Source of the DNA: Octopus bimaculoides
Taxonomy: Eukaryota
Direction of reading: 5' to 3'
Length of the DNA stretch: 64,000 bases
NCBI RefSeq assembly: GCF_001194135.2
Contig: NC_068988.1
Coordinates: 44,916,663 to 44,980,662, forward strand
Both the position numbers and the translations under genes were made by a program. Of the stretch, positions 24,881-37,968 are shown piece by piece (position 1 is the stretch's first letter; each line of letters opens with the position of its first letter). Below the pieces are notes generated by a model. It did no database searches, was not told where the DNA came from, and was given only the letters and a program-made list of their open reading frames with translations.

Positions 24881-26102
24881 TCACAAAAAGTGCACAGCAC
24901 GCTCCAAGTGATTCCAAATCGATTTGAGCAGCGACAACATAGGGGGCTTGAGATGGATCTTCAGCCTTTCAGGTAGCAAAGCAACCACTATAATGAGACA
25001 CTGCTGCTAAAAGATGCACATAGTACACTCTGTCAAGTGGTGGGTGTTAGGAAAGGCCCAACTCAGGATAGATTCTTTGGGGATGGTTACAGTATTCTTC
25101 TTTATCTTTTGTATAGAATTGATCGTTCATTGTTTTCTTACTTGCCAAGTGTGTATGTTGAAGTGACAGATTGGTAACCTAAATAAACATACAAACTCCA
25201 ATCCACAATACAGTCATAAGGATCGAACTGTGGGGTGTGCACTACGGGGGCTGTAATTCCCCATGCATACGACAAACACAGAACTTCCTTCAATTTTTAC
25301 CTTACAAAATTCGTCCTGGGACAGGAATAATTTACTCATTTTCAGAATGATTCTGATATCGAGGTTATCGATTCTAGGGAATTGTATCACAAAATATAGG
25401 TATTTTAGTATAGAAGGATAAAAATCAGCGTTATCAAACTGGATGAATCTGCATGCTGTTCCTTCTCAGAAGGAACTGATGGCCGTTGCATTGCGACCCT
25501 ATTGAATCAGCCAGTGATTTTGTGATACCAGAGCTCATGGCATCGAGAATACGTTTATTCACAATGCCTATATCACTCATTTCGGGTTGGAAAGCAAATC
25601 AGTCCAGTTTCCTCGAAAAGTAATATAGGAGTGCTTGTCGCGATGGTCCATACAATCTCCTACCCTTAAGAGGATGCTTAGTTCTTTTGTTTCAGTGTTT
25701 TGTCACTTTTATTGAAATGTTAGTTTTCTTGTATGTTTTCTGGTTGCTCAGGGAGGACATACATATTCTGTCTGATGGGCCAATTCTGAAAAAATTCGTC
25801 TTGCATTTTCTTTACATAAAATATGCATGTATATACATATATACAAACATACGCCCCCACCCACATATTGTGTTTGTGTTTGTACGTGTGCATGTATATA
25901 TATATACATACATACATGATATATATATATGTGTGTGTATATATACATATATACATATATACATATATATACACAGACTCATCTTACGGAATCCTTTCTC
26001 AGTATTATGATCCACATTTTTGGCTATTCTAGAAACAGCTGTAAGAGACTCTATATGCTTAAATTCTCAATCTAAATTATGTTTTCCATTTTTTAAATTT
26101 CA

Positions 26103-26177
26103 ATCTACCTACCTATCTACCTACCTACCTACCTACCTACCTACCTACCTACCTACCTACCTACTTACCTACCTACC
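26103..26177. repeat. (CTAC)n microsatellite
   Basis: Direct read. Confidence 0.95.
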
Positions 26178-26184
26178 TGTGTAA

Positions 26185-26375
26185 ATATGTGTATTTGTCC
26201 CCGTCCATCGGTGGTTAGCTTACGCGTCTGTAATCTAGCAGCCAACCAAAAGCGGATTGATAAAATAAGAACCGGGCTTTACAGAATAAGTACTGGGGTT
26301 GATTTATTCGCCTAAAACCTTCAAGGCGGTGCCCCAGCATGGCCGCAATAAAATGACTGAAATTAGCAAAAGATA
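26185..26375 (+). mobile_element. SINE family A, 3' half
   Basis: GAATAAGTACTGGGGTTGATTT...GGCGGTGCCCCAGCATGGCCGCA...ATGACTGAAA. Confidence 0.8.
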
Positions 26376-26458
26376 AACGATATATCTTCACGCGCGCGTG
26401 CGTACAAACACATACACACAGAGTGACATATATATGTATATATTACTGTGTGTGAGTG

Positions 26459-26509
<51 letters not shown>

Positions 26510-26587
26510 ATATATATATATACATACAAACATATATACAGTTATACATACACATGGAAATACACGTTTAGAGACATACAGTCATCC

Positions 26588-26641
<54 letters not shown>

Positions 26642-26701
26642 GTGCGGCGTGTGCGTGTGTGTGTGTGCATGTGTGTGTATTATGCACATATTTTCATGAT
26701 G

Positions 26702-26736
<35 letters not shown>

Positions 26737-27425
26737 NNNNNNNNNNNNNNNNNNNNNNNNNNNNNNNNNNNNNNNNNNNNNNNNNNNNNNNNNNNNNNNN
26801 NNNNNNNNNNNNNNNNNNNNNNNNNNNNNNNNNNNNNNNNNNNNNNNNNNNNNNNNNNNNNNNNNNNNNNNNNNNNNNNNNNNNNNNNNNNNNNNNNNNN
26901 NNNNNNNNNNNNNNNNNNNNNNNNNNNNNNNNNNNNNNNNNNNNNNNNNNNNNNNNNNNNNNNNNNNNNNNNNNNNNNNNNNNNNNNNNNNNNNNNNNNN
27001 NNNNNNNNNNNNNNNNNNNNNNNNNNNNNNNNNNNNNNNNNNNNNNNNNNNNNNNNNNNNNNNNNNNNNNNNNNNNNNNNNNNNNNNNNNNNNNNNNNNN
27101 NNNNNNNNNNNNNNNNNNNNNNNNNNNNNNNNNNNNNNNNNNNNNNNNNNNNNNNNNNNNNNNNNNNNNNNNNNNNNNNNNNNNNNNNNNNNNNNNNNNN
27201 NNNNNNNNNNNNNNNNNNNNNNNNNNNNNNNNNNNNNNNNNNNNNNNNNNNNNNNNNNNNNNNNNGGGGGGGAGGGAGAGAGAGCAATAAATAAATGAAT
27301 AAAGCAGGAAAAACTAGATTAAAGTGAGAGAGGGATAGAGAGAGACAGAGAGAAACAGAGAAATAGAGGTACTGAGAGTGGTTGAAGGGTGAAGGGAGTG
27401 GGTGTTGCTAAGAGAAGGAGAGAGA

Positions 27426-27469
<44 letters not shown>

Positions 27470-29096
27470 AACAAAAACCCTACAACATGAAATGAAAACA
27501 AGCCAGTTTGCTTGATATGTGAAAAGATGAAAATATGTAAAAGATGATAACAGAGAAAGAACATGAATACTTAAAAAGATAAGTTTGCTGTGTATAGAGA
27601 TATACACTCATGCATACATACATGCATACATACATACATACATACATACATACATACATACATACATACATAAATACTTACATGTGTGCATGTGTTTATG
27701 TATGGGTACACACAATCATATATATATATATACATGTATATNNNNNNNNNNNNNNNNNNNNNNNNNNNNNNNNNNNNNNNNNNNNNNNNNNNNNNNNNNN
27801 NNNNNNNNNNNNNNNNNNNNNNNNNNNNNNNNNNNNNNNNNNNNNNNNNNNNNNNNNNNNNNNNNNNNNNNNNNNNNNNNNNNNNNNNNNNNNNNNNNNN
27901 NNNNNNNNNNNNNNNNNNNNNNNNNNNNNNNNNNNNNNNNNNNNNNNNNNNNNNNNNNNNNNNNNNNNNNNNNNNNNNNNNNNNNNNNNNNNNNNNNNNN
28001 NNNNNNNNNNNNNNNNNNNNNNNNNNNNNNNNNNNNNNNNNNNNNNNNNNNNNNNNNNNNNNNNNNNNNNNNNNNNNNNNNNNNNNNNNNNNNNNNNNNN
28101 NNNNNNNNNNNNNNNNNNNNNNNNNNNNNNNNNNNNNNNNNNNNNNNNNNNNNNNNNNNNNNNNNNNNNNNNNNNNNNNNNNNNNNNNNNNNNNNNNNNN
28201 NNNNNNNNNNNNNNNNNNNNNNNNNNNNNNNNNNNNNNNNNNNNNNNNNNNNNNNNNNNNNNNNNNNNNNNNNNNNNNNNNNNNNNNNNNNNNNNNNNNN
28301 NNNNNNNNNNNNNNNNNNNNNNNNNNNNNNNNNNNNNNNNNNNNNNNNNNNNNNNNNNNNNNNNNNNNNNNNNNNNNNNNNNNNNNNNNNNNNNNNNNNN
28401 NNNNNNNNNNNNNNNNNNNNNNNNNNNNNNNNNNNNNNNNNNNNNNNNNNNNNNNNNNNNNNNNNNNNNNNNNNNNNNNNNNNNNNNNNNNNCACCTGTA
28501 TGGGTGAATATTTTTGCTTATAAAAGGGGAATATATATTCAATATATAAGTAGAATATTAATTTTTATTTGAAGCGAAAGCTTTTTAACTTGAACTTTTA
28601 ACCGTCATGTTACCGATTATTCAAAAGATTGAATCAGAGAAGCAGCGTGACAATTTATAAGCTAAAATATTCGCATACACATTGAAATATGATTAGTCAT
28701 CAATAGAGCGAGATTTTATGGACTGCCATAAGAACAGTTTGAAAAAGCTTTACACATTCATCTATTTAATCTTCATGCATAGAAAATGCAATATTTGCTT
28801 TTGTTTACCAGCGAAAATATGCTTTTACTGCTTTGATATTATTGCGATGAGACGAACACAAGTAAGGAAGGTGGCTATTGTTAATTTAGTTTTACTATTG
28901 ATATATTGATTTATGAGTTTTAAAATTATATGACTATCTTTCAGATGATGGTAAACCCATTATATAGGGCATAAACTATTTTATCTAACGCCTTGGGTCG
29001 ATCAAAGCCTTGTGAGTGGATTTACATGAAACAGAGCTAAATCCGTGATACATGTCTATACACCACGGACTATGTAGGTATGTTATGTATGTGGTC

Positions 29097-29133
<37 letters not shown>

Positions 29134-29880
29134 NNNNNNNNNNNNNNNNNNNNNNNNNNNNNNNNNNNNNNNNNNNNNNNNNNNNNNNNNNNNNNNNNNN
29201 NNNNNNNNNNNNNNNNNNNNNNNNNNNNNNNNNNNNNNNNNNNNNNNNNNNNNNNNNNNNNNNNNNNNNNNNNNNNNNNNNNNNNNNNNNNNNNNNNNNN
29301 NNNNNNNNNNNNNNNNNNNNNNNNNNNNNNNNNNNNNNNNNNNNNNNNNNNNNNNNNNNNNNNNNNNNNNNNNNNNNNNNNNNNNNNNNNNNNNNNNNNN
29401 NNNNNNNNNNNNNNNNNNNNNNNNNNNNNNNNNNNNNNNNNNNNNNNNNNNNNNNNNNNNNNNNNNNNNNNNNNNNNNNNNNNNNNNNNNNNNNNNNNNN
29501 NNNNNNNNNNNNNNNNNNNNNNNNNNNNNNNNNNNNNNNNNNNNNNNNNNNNNNNNNNNNNNNNNNNNNNNNNNNNNNNNNNNNNNNNNNNNNNNNNNNN
29601 NNNNNNNNNNNNNNNNNNNNNNNNNNNNNNNNNNNNNNNNNNNNNNNNNNNNNNNNNNNNNNNNNNNNNNNNNNNNNNNNNNNNNNNNNNNNNNNNNNNN
29701 NNNNNNNNNNNNNNNNNNNNNNNNNNNNNNNNNNNNNNNNNNNNNNNNNNNNNNNNNNNNNNNNNNNNNNNNNNNNNNNNNNNNNNNNNNNNNNNNNNNN
29801 NNNNNNNNNNNNNNNNNNNNNNNNNNNNNNNNNNNNNNNNNNNNNNNNNNNNNNNNNNNNNNNNNNNNNNNNNNNNNNNN

Positions 29881-29941
<61 letters not shown>

Positions 29942-30817
29942 CGCACGCATTCCCTTACATTCAAAGAGAACGGCATCACAAAGCACATATGTTATGTTCA
30001 AGTAGTTACTTTCTCCACCTCACATTCATACAACAACAGCAGCAACAACAACAACAAACACGATAGTACTATATTACAAACGTCAACAACAAGAAAAAAA
30101 CAAAGAATTCAAATAGAAAGTAGGAACAATCGCCAAGTGACATGATCATCACCTCCGCCACAACAACAGCAACAGCAACAACACCGTCGTTGTCATTGTC
30201 GTTATTATCATCATCATCATCACCATGATCAACACCACGGCCACCGCCGCCGCCGCCACCACAGCCGCCGCCGTTGCCACCACCACCACAGCCGCCGCCG
30301 CCACCGAAACCACCACCACCACCACCACCANNNNNNNNNNNNNNNNNNNNNNNNNNNNNNNNNNNNNNNNNNNNNNNNNNNNNNNNNNNNNNNNNNNNNN
30401 NNNNNNNNNNNNNNNNNNNNNNNNNNNNNNNNNNNNNNNNNNNNNNNNNNNNNNNNNNNNNNNNNNNNNNNNNNNNNNNNNNNNNNNNNNNNNNNNNNNN
30501 NNNNNNNNNNNNNNNNNNNNNNNNNNNNNNNNNNNNNNNNNNNNNNNNNNNNNNNNNNNNNNNNNNNNNNTAACAACAGCAACTACCACCACCAGCGACA
30601 ACATTGTCGTTGTTGTCATCATCACCATCATCATCATCACCATCGTTGTCAACATCAACAGCAACAACCACAAGAACACGAACAGCAGTACCATCATCAT
30701 CATCAGCAGCAGCAGTAGCAATGGGAGTATCAAAATGTCCGGTCAAAGTACAGATGACATTTTAAAGAGATTCTGATGTACCATCATATTTCTTTCCACT
30801 CCACCTGTCTAACCTCT

Positions 30818-30848
<31 letters not shown>

Positions 30849-31422
30849 TTGTTCCATAACTCTGCTGGAAAAATCTAATTTAATGTACACATTGCCAGCT
30901 GATGAGGAGGACGAGGAAGCTCTTGGCCGGTGCCTACAACGCAGGAGGAACTAGTTCTTGAGATACTACATTGCAGTAAATGAGACGTTCTGTGACTGGC
31001 ATTGGGTTGCACGCCATGGACATTCCTGTCTTTCATTAATGAAATAACTCTGCCACACGAATGTCGTTACATGACGGCATGAAAACGGGGGTGAAAAGAG
31101 GCGGAGGTCGGGGAGCGGGGAGAGAATTTGGTGGCAGAACTCTGTGTATGTGTGTGAGTGTGTGTGTGTGTGTGGGGGGGGTTGATGATGTGTTGCATGG
31201 TAGAAGCGTGATGTTGTGTATTGGTGTGTGTGGTGGGTCTGGGTGAGCTGTGGTGGTGGAATGGGTTAACATATAGCCTCGTCTGTGAATGTCTTGAACT
31301 AGAATTAGTTTGGAAAATGACAGTTTGTGTATGTGCGCAAGTGTATGTTTTTGTGAATGGGTGCAAGTAACATGCGTACACATACATGTACACATACACG
31401 CACACAAATATATATATATATG

Positions 31423-31459
<37 letters not shown>

Positions 31460-31618
31460 TCATACACGTACAAAGATAAACGTGCATACATATACATACA
31501 CATATATAAGTTATGTCTGTGCATGTGCGTATGTGTGTATGAATACATACATACATGCATACATAAATAATACATACATACATAAGTACGTACGTACATA
31601 CATACATACATGCACATA

Positions 31619-31649
<31 letters not shown>

Positions 31650-33164
31650 NNNNNNNNNNNNNNNNNNNNNNNNNNNNNNNNNNNNNNNNNNNNNNNNNNN
31701 NNNNNNNNNNNNNNNNNNNNNNNNNNNNNNNNNNNNNNNNNNNNNNNNNNNNNNNNNNNNNNNNNNNNNNNNNNNNNNNNNNNNNNNNNNNNNNNNNNNN
31801 NNNNNNNNNNNNNNNNNNNNNNNNNNNNNNNNNNNNNNNNNNNNNNNNNNNNNNNNNNNNNNNNNNNNNNNNNNNNNNNNNNNNNNNNNNNNNNNNNNNN
31901 NNNNNNNNNNNNNNNNNNNNNNNNNNNNNNNNNNNNNNNNNNNNNNNNNNNNNNNNNNNNNNNNNNNNNNNNNNNNNNNNNNNNNNNNNNNNNNNNNNNN
32001 NNNNNNNNNNNNNNNNNNNNNNNNNNNNNNNNNNNNNNNNNNNNNNNNNNNNNNNNNNNNNNNNNNNNNNNNNNNNNNNNNNNNNNNNNNNNNNNNNNNN
32101 NNNNNNNNNNNNNNNNNNNNNNNNNNNNNNNNNNNNNNNNNNNNNNNNNNNNNNNNNNNNNNNNNNNNNNNNNNNNNNNNNNNNNNNNNNNNNNNNNNNN
32201 NNNNNNNNNNNNNNNNNNNNNNNNNNNNNNNNNNNNNNNNNNNNNNNNNNNATATATATATATATATACATTCATCATGTTATATGTACAAAATCTAACA
32301 GGAATACACTGATAAGCCAATGGAATTATGTATTGTGTAGAAAACTCTGATTAATTCTTAATCTAAAGTAAATTAAATATGATACTCACACGCACACGTA
32401 CACATACACACACACACTTATACACATATATATGTATGTCTGTGTGAGTGTGAGAAGACGAACGTACATACACACATATTTAAATGCATTCATACATACT
32501 AACATTTAGTCAGGCAACTCTACTCAAAAGGAGACATTCTGTGAAAAGTAAAATGCTTGAGGTCATAAAAATATAACACTTGTCACAGTGAAAGAGGAAA
32601 TTCGAATTTCAATCAGGGAAAATGTTTGCAATTTTCCCTGTCGTAAATTAATGACGAGCAGACATGGAAACCTGGAATTAAGTAAAATCAAATCCTTCAA
32701 TCTAATTTCTGCTTCTTCAGTTATTGATTATATATTTCTTCCATTTCTATCTCTCCCTCTATCAATCCTTCTCTCTATCACCTCCTCACTCACTCACTCA
32801 TTCACTCATTCATTCACTCATTCATTCACTCACTCACTCTATTCCTCTGTCTGTCTCTCTTGTTCTCCCCTTCTTTCAGTGACACTGATACGAAATTTTA
32901 TTGAAGCATTTCACTGTTTCATGTCTTCAGATAAATTACACAGAGAAACAGTCTTACAAGAGATTATTACTCTGTCCTGTGGCATGTGTATCTACCTTTA
33001 AGCTTTATTTCTATGAAATATAATCTGGTTTGTATAAAAGTTTTACTTATTGATTTATTTACTTACTTTATACTCTTGATAAAATCAAGAGATCCAACCA
33101 ATGTGTACCTGCCAAAAGATTCAGGGCAATCTCTTAAAGCCGTGCATAATGACTAATAACAGGT

Positions 33165-33375
33165 CCATATATATACATATTCGCCATGATAGATCGCAAG
33201 CGACTAAACCTTTTTCTATTTTCTCTCCCTGTTTATTTCTGTTTCTTTCTGTCGAAGAGCGTAGGCTCGAAACGTAAAAGATTTTCTCACTTCCCGAGCG
33301 TTAAACTAATCTGTTTGTTGTTTACACACCCGTCTTCGTCTTTTGCTTTTTTTGGCCTTTTTTGTAAATTCTTAC
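33165..33375 (+). mobile_element. Penelope-type terminal repeat fragment with hammerhead
   Basis: Contains the hammerhead motif at 33244-33281, followed by a T-rich tail, and is bounded by (TA)n. Confidence 0.6.
33244..33281 (+). ncRNA. Minimal type I hammerhead motif, variant core CUGUCGA
   Basis: TCTTT-CTGTCGA-A-GAGC(gtag)GCTC-GAAA-CGT-A-AAAGA: stem I TCTTT/AAAGA, 4-bp stem II, palindromic ACGT stem III, GUA site. Confidence 0.65.
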
Positions 33376-33803
33376 TATATATATATATATATATATNNNN
33401 NNNNNNNNNNNNNNNNNNNNNNNNNNNNNNNNNNNNNNNNNNNNNNNNNNNNNTGTGTGTGTGTGTAATCTATTCTGTCCTTCCAGAAAGACAGAATGAG
33501 CTTAAAAGAACAGGAGACAAGTGGGAATGGAGAGTCGCTGAAGTGAAGAACGAATATATAGTGCGTGTGTTTATTCGGCAAAAAAAAACAAAAAAAAGAC
33601 AAAGAAACAAAAAAGCGAAACAAAACAAAATGACCATTCCAAAATATAACAATATCTGTTTCAACAGATGATTTCACATCAGAAAGTTTTCAAAACAAAC
33701 GCATAAGCTTATCAACGTGTGTCCTGACCAGGCTAGCAAGACATTGAAGAACAACTAATTGTCTAAGAAAGATCATCACAATACAACTTGACTTCATATA
33801 TAC

Positions 33804-33857
<54 letters not shown>

Positions 33858-34020
33858 CTGAAAAGCAAACGGAGAGTGGAGATTTATTCACATCTCAAAC
33901 GTTTCTACAGCATATATAACAATGACCAACGTATGTTTCTACTGCAGCAACTACACATTGCTCTGCATGCATTTATTCATCCTAGTCGAAGCACACAGAC
34001 AGACACAGACACAGACACAC

Positions 34021-34072
<52 letters not shown>

Positions 34073-34440
34073 TCCAGCATGAAAAATAGACGTTAAATGA
34101 TGATTATGGTATATATATGTAGTCACTTCAGCGACTCTCCATTCCGTTCTGTTTTCTACAGTCCATTCTNNNNNNNNNNNNNNNNNNNNNNNNNNNNNNN
34201 NNNNNNNNNNNNNNNNNNNNNNNNNNNNNNNNNNNNNNNNNNNNNNNNNNNNNNNNNNNNNNNNNNNNNNNNNNNNNNNNNNNNNNNNNNNNNNNNNNNN
34301 NNNNNNNNNNNNNNNNNNNNNNNNNNNNNNNNNNNNNNNNNNNNNNNNNNNNNNNNNNNNNNNNNNNNNNNNNNNNNNNNNNNNNNNNNNNNNNNNNNNN
34401 NNNNNNNNNNNNNNNNNNNNNNNNNNNNTGTGTGTGTGTG

Positions 34441-34543
34441 TAGGCGCAGGCGTGGCTGTGTGGTAAGAATCTTGCTTCCCAGCTTTATAGTTCCAGGTCC
34501 AGTCTCACTGCGTAGCACCTTGAGCAAGTGTCTTCTATTGAGG
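34441..34543 (+). mobile_element. SINE family A head only
   Basis: TAGGCGCAGGCGTGGCTGTGTGGTAAG...GCAAGTGTCTTCTA, then abrupt junction with a LINE. Confidence 0.85.
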
Positions 34544-34544
34544 T

Positions 34545-35878
34545 TGAACTGCCTTCATCATTTCACTACTTGGCAGCCATATGCCTTCTGTCCTGGCAAG
34601 CTTTCCTCGTCTTATCACCATCGCAGCACATTATGAGTGTCCAAACTCCATGTTAATAACATTGGAGAAAATCCGCACAGACTGTCCAATTCTGCCTCAG
34701 TTTTTGTGAATAACTTCAGGTCGTCTATGAATAGCAAGTGGTTTAGTTTTCCTTTACCTCTTCCCAGATCACATGCCAACTTTGTTTTCTGTAGTATTTC
34801 ACTCAAGGGAATCATTCCCAACACAAATATCAGTGGGGACACTCTGTTCTCTTAGAAGAATCCTCTCTTGATTTTCATCTCTCCTAGTTCTTGCTTCCCT
34901 GCTGTTAATTCTGTTCTCCAGCATTTCATGCTATTCCATATAAGGCTTCTCATATTCTCTGTTACTCCATACATTTCCATTGTTTTTATTATCCAGGAGT
35001 GTGGTATCATATCGTACGCTTTGCGATAGTCAACCCATGCCATGCTCAGGTTTGTATGTCTTCTCTTGCAGTTCCTGATAATTAGATTATCAATTAAGAG
35101 CTGATCTTTTGTTCCCAGCTTCTTTTTCGGCACCCTTTCTGTTCAATGGGTAGCAGCCCATGTTTTTTCCAAGTATCTGTACAGTTCACCGGCCAAAGCA
35201 GCGGACATTTTTTTCCACATTAGAAGAAGGCATGTTAATTGTCTAAAGTTAGATGGAACGTTCCCTTTTCAGGATCCTTGGCACACATCAATGTCTTTCT
35301 CTTTGTCATCCAGCTGGGGACTGCACCTTCCTGCAAGGACTCATCTAGCTGTTGTGCTGTCCTTTCATGGAGCCCTGTCAGCTTCTTCATCCAACATCGT
35401 TGGACCCCACCCGGTCCTGGGCTCTTCCAATTTAGAAATTTTCTTCACTGCTTTTTATCATTTCTGTAGTTACCTTTATGTCTTCTTGGACTTCTATATT
35501 TCTTAACCTATCTTGGATCTTATGCAGCCACTCCACTTCGTCATTATGCTCTACAGGTTGGTCCCAGATCCCTCTCCAGAATGCCTTGCTTTCCTCTGCA
35601 TCGGGTATTATTGTTACGTGTATTTGTCCATCTAGTTCCTGAAACATTTTCTTCTGATTTGCTTCAAACAATCTGTTTAACCTGAACTGTCTTTTGTCAT
35701 ATCTTTTGCCTGAGCTGTCTATTGTCATGAACTTTTCCTAAATGTCTTTTTAACTTTGTTTGTTTCTCACATATTCGTCTACGCCAGTGTGGTTCTTTAC
35801 ATTCTGTTTATTCTTTTCTTTTATCTCCAACTCTATCTGCACCAACCATAGCTGCTGCCCAAATAATCTTGTTAGTTT
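34545..35878 (-). mobile_element. R4/Dong-clade LINE RT region, frameshifted and truncated at both ends
   Basis: ORF pieces QFRLNRLFEANQKK..FWRGIWD; [25 protein letters not shown]; SPLIFVLGMIPLS..NHLLFIDDLKLF. Confidence 0.92.
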
Positions 35879-35907
35879 CATTATTATTGTTGTTGTTGTT
35901 GTTGTTA

Positions 35908-36240
35908 TCTTTGGATTTTGCGTTATGTTTGTACAAGCTGAGTCCAAATCTCACTCAGAGACCTCAAGAGATAGCAAGTTCTAAGTTCAAGTACACATTA
36001 TGACTGAAATGATTGATTTTTGTAGGACATGAGCAGTCCCTATGAGTATTATATTCCGATATTTTTTCGATATTTGGATCCCTGGGATTTGAAATATGTA
36101 ATATTCAACTTCCTTTGCTATTATTCTTAGTGCACTTACAACCACGGATATTGTTCTAGTCTTGAGTTTCCACATTTTTCCAATTTCTATTTCAAGAACC
36201 TTGTACTTGTTCAACCTTTGGTAAGTCTTATGAGATGCAT
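35908..36240 (-). mobile_element. R4/Dong-clade LINE 3' end (endonuclease C-terminus plus 3' UTR)
   Basis: KYKVLEIEIGKMWKLKTRTISVVVSAL...ILIGTAHVLQKS, then UTR CTCTTGAGGTCTCTGAGTGAGATTTGG and an (AAC)n(AAT)n tail. Confidence 0.85.
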
Positions 36241-36284
36241 TTATATAAAATAGGACAGTCATATCGATGAGAACAACTGGGTCT

Positions 36285-36380
36285 TTTGAAATAAGTACTA
36301 GTTGAACACTGGGGTCGATGTCATAGACTACTCCCCTCCTCTCCCTCCTTGTGCCTATGGTAGAAAGGATCATCGTCATC
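36285..36380 (+). mobile_element. SINE family B 3' fragment
   Basis: AATAAGTACTAGTTGAACACTGGGGTCGATG...CTTGTGCCTATGGTAGAAAGGAT. Confidence 0.7.
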
Positions 36381-36394
36381 TTCATCATCATTAT

Positions 36395-37967
36395 TCATAT
36401 ACACACAACATATTAGACTGTTGGAAAAGGAAAATTCCTAACATCGGGCTACAACAAGTAACCTTAGATTGCAAAGAACCCTCTTAAGTATGCTAGCTGT
36501 TCCTAACAATACTGTTTTCTGGAGTTGTACTAAACTAGGTTTTATGCTTATTTCCTCTATCCATCTGTTCAAATCTTCAAGGATAGTTCCTAATGCACCT
36601 ATAACTATTGGGATTCATTTTACCCGCACTTTGCATAGCCTATGCAATTCACTGGCTAGGTCCTGGTACTTTGCTACTTTCTCTATACGTCTGATATTGA
36701 CGTTTTCATCATTTGGGACTGTAAAGTCAATTATCTGGTGGTTTCTGTTTTCTTTGTCTACTACTACTAAACCAAGCCTTCTGGCTTCTATTAATCTGTC
36801 AGTCTGAATGCTAAAGTCCCACAACATCTTATGCTTCTTACTTTCAAGTACTTTACTAGGTTCATGTTCATACCATTTATCAGTATATTCATATCTTAGC
36901 TTTCTACATAACTCCCAGTGGATTACTCTCCCTAGATTGTCATGTTTTCTTGCATTCTTTTTGTGCCAGCATGCTTCATTCACTTACTATATGAGTACCG
37001 CTTTCCTGTTTTGGGAATCTACTTAATTTTTGTCTATCCTGGCTTTTATCCAATTAGTCCTTAATGCTTGATCTTGTGCTGCTACTAACTTTCTGTCTCC
37101 CTTTTCAGCCTTCCCTTCTGCAACCATAACCATGTCTCATTTCTACTATTTGCTGCAACTATCTTTGGAAATCTACCATGCTAAGCCTTCTCCTACCAAT
37201 CAGATAACTTCTTTTCTTTTATCTAGTCTTAGTTTCGATATGTTTGTTGGTTTCCCTATGTCTTGCCGTGACTCTAGCAGCTTTTAATAGACTTTCTTCA
37301 CTATTACCTATAAAGAGTGTATATCTATTCTAGCTAACTCCACGTAGTCTTCTACTGATATTGACACTCTTACGCCTTCCTTTCTATGTACTCCTATTCT
37401 TGCTCTTGGGCGGTGTCCTCCATTCATATTGAATTCCTTCTTAGTTCTGTTTAGATTTGCCAATTCAGTTTTTTTCCAATCTACAAAAGCTGCTGAGTAT
37501 CTAAGAAATGATATTGCTCTAGTATCTACAGCTTTCCCTAGATTCGGACTATTTAGCTTTGACTTCATTAGCTTCTCCACCCTACTGATGTATTCCTTCA
37601 CAATTTTCGATTTCATTTCTATAGCTAGTACTCTGTCAGATTCTAATACTTTTTGATACTTATAACTCTCATCTTCTCTCAGTGATTTTAATGTCTAGCC
37701 ATCTGGTACTTGGATGCCTTCACTGTTGACTACCTATCTCCTTCTCACGACTAATATTGCACACTTATCTATGCCAAATTCAATGCCTATATCTTTGCTG
37801 AAGAGTCTTTCAGTCTGTATTAAAAAATCTGTCCCTTTTTCATTTTTACTAAAAGGTTTCACATCATTCATGTAGAGCAAATGGTTAATTTTTCCATTAC
37901 TATTTCTGAACAGATACCCTGCCTTTGCCTTCCTTAATACTAAACTGAGAGGATCAGACATAAGACA

Positions 37968-37968
<1 letters not shown>
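36395..37968 (-). mobile_element. R4/Dong-clade LINE, 5'-truncated: RT end plus restriction-like endonuclease
   Basis: INHLLYMNDVK..GIEFGIDKCA; HDNLGRVIHWELC; LWDFSIQTDRLIEARRLGLVVVDK..IIDFTVPND..EKVAKYQDL (PD-D/ExK-type RLE, decayed). Confidence 0.93.

Noticed and set aside
30895-30925. CTGATGAG as a hammerhead core
   Set aside because: No stem II and no GAAA box follow; the sequence is a GAG/GAC-rich run
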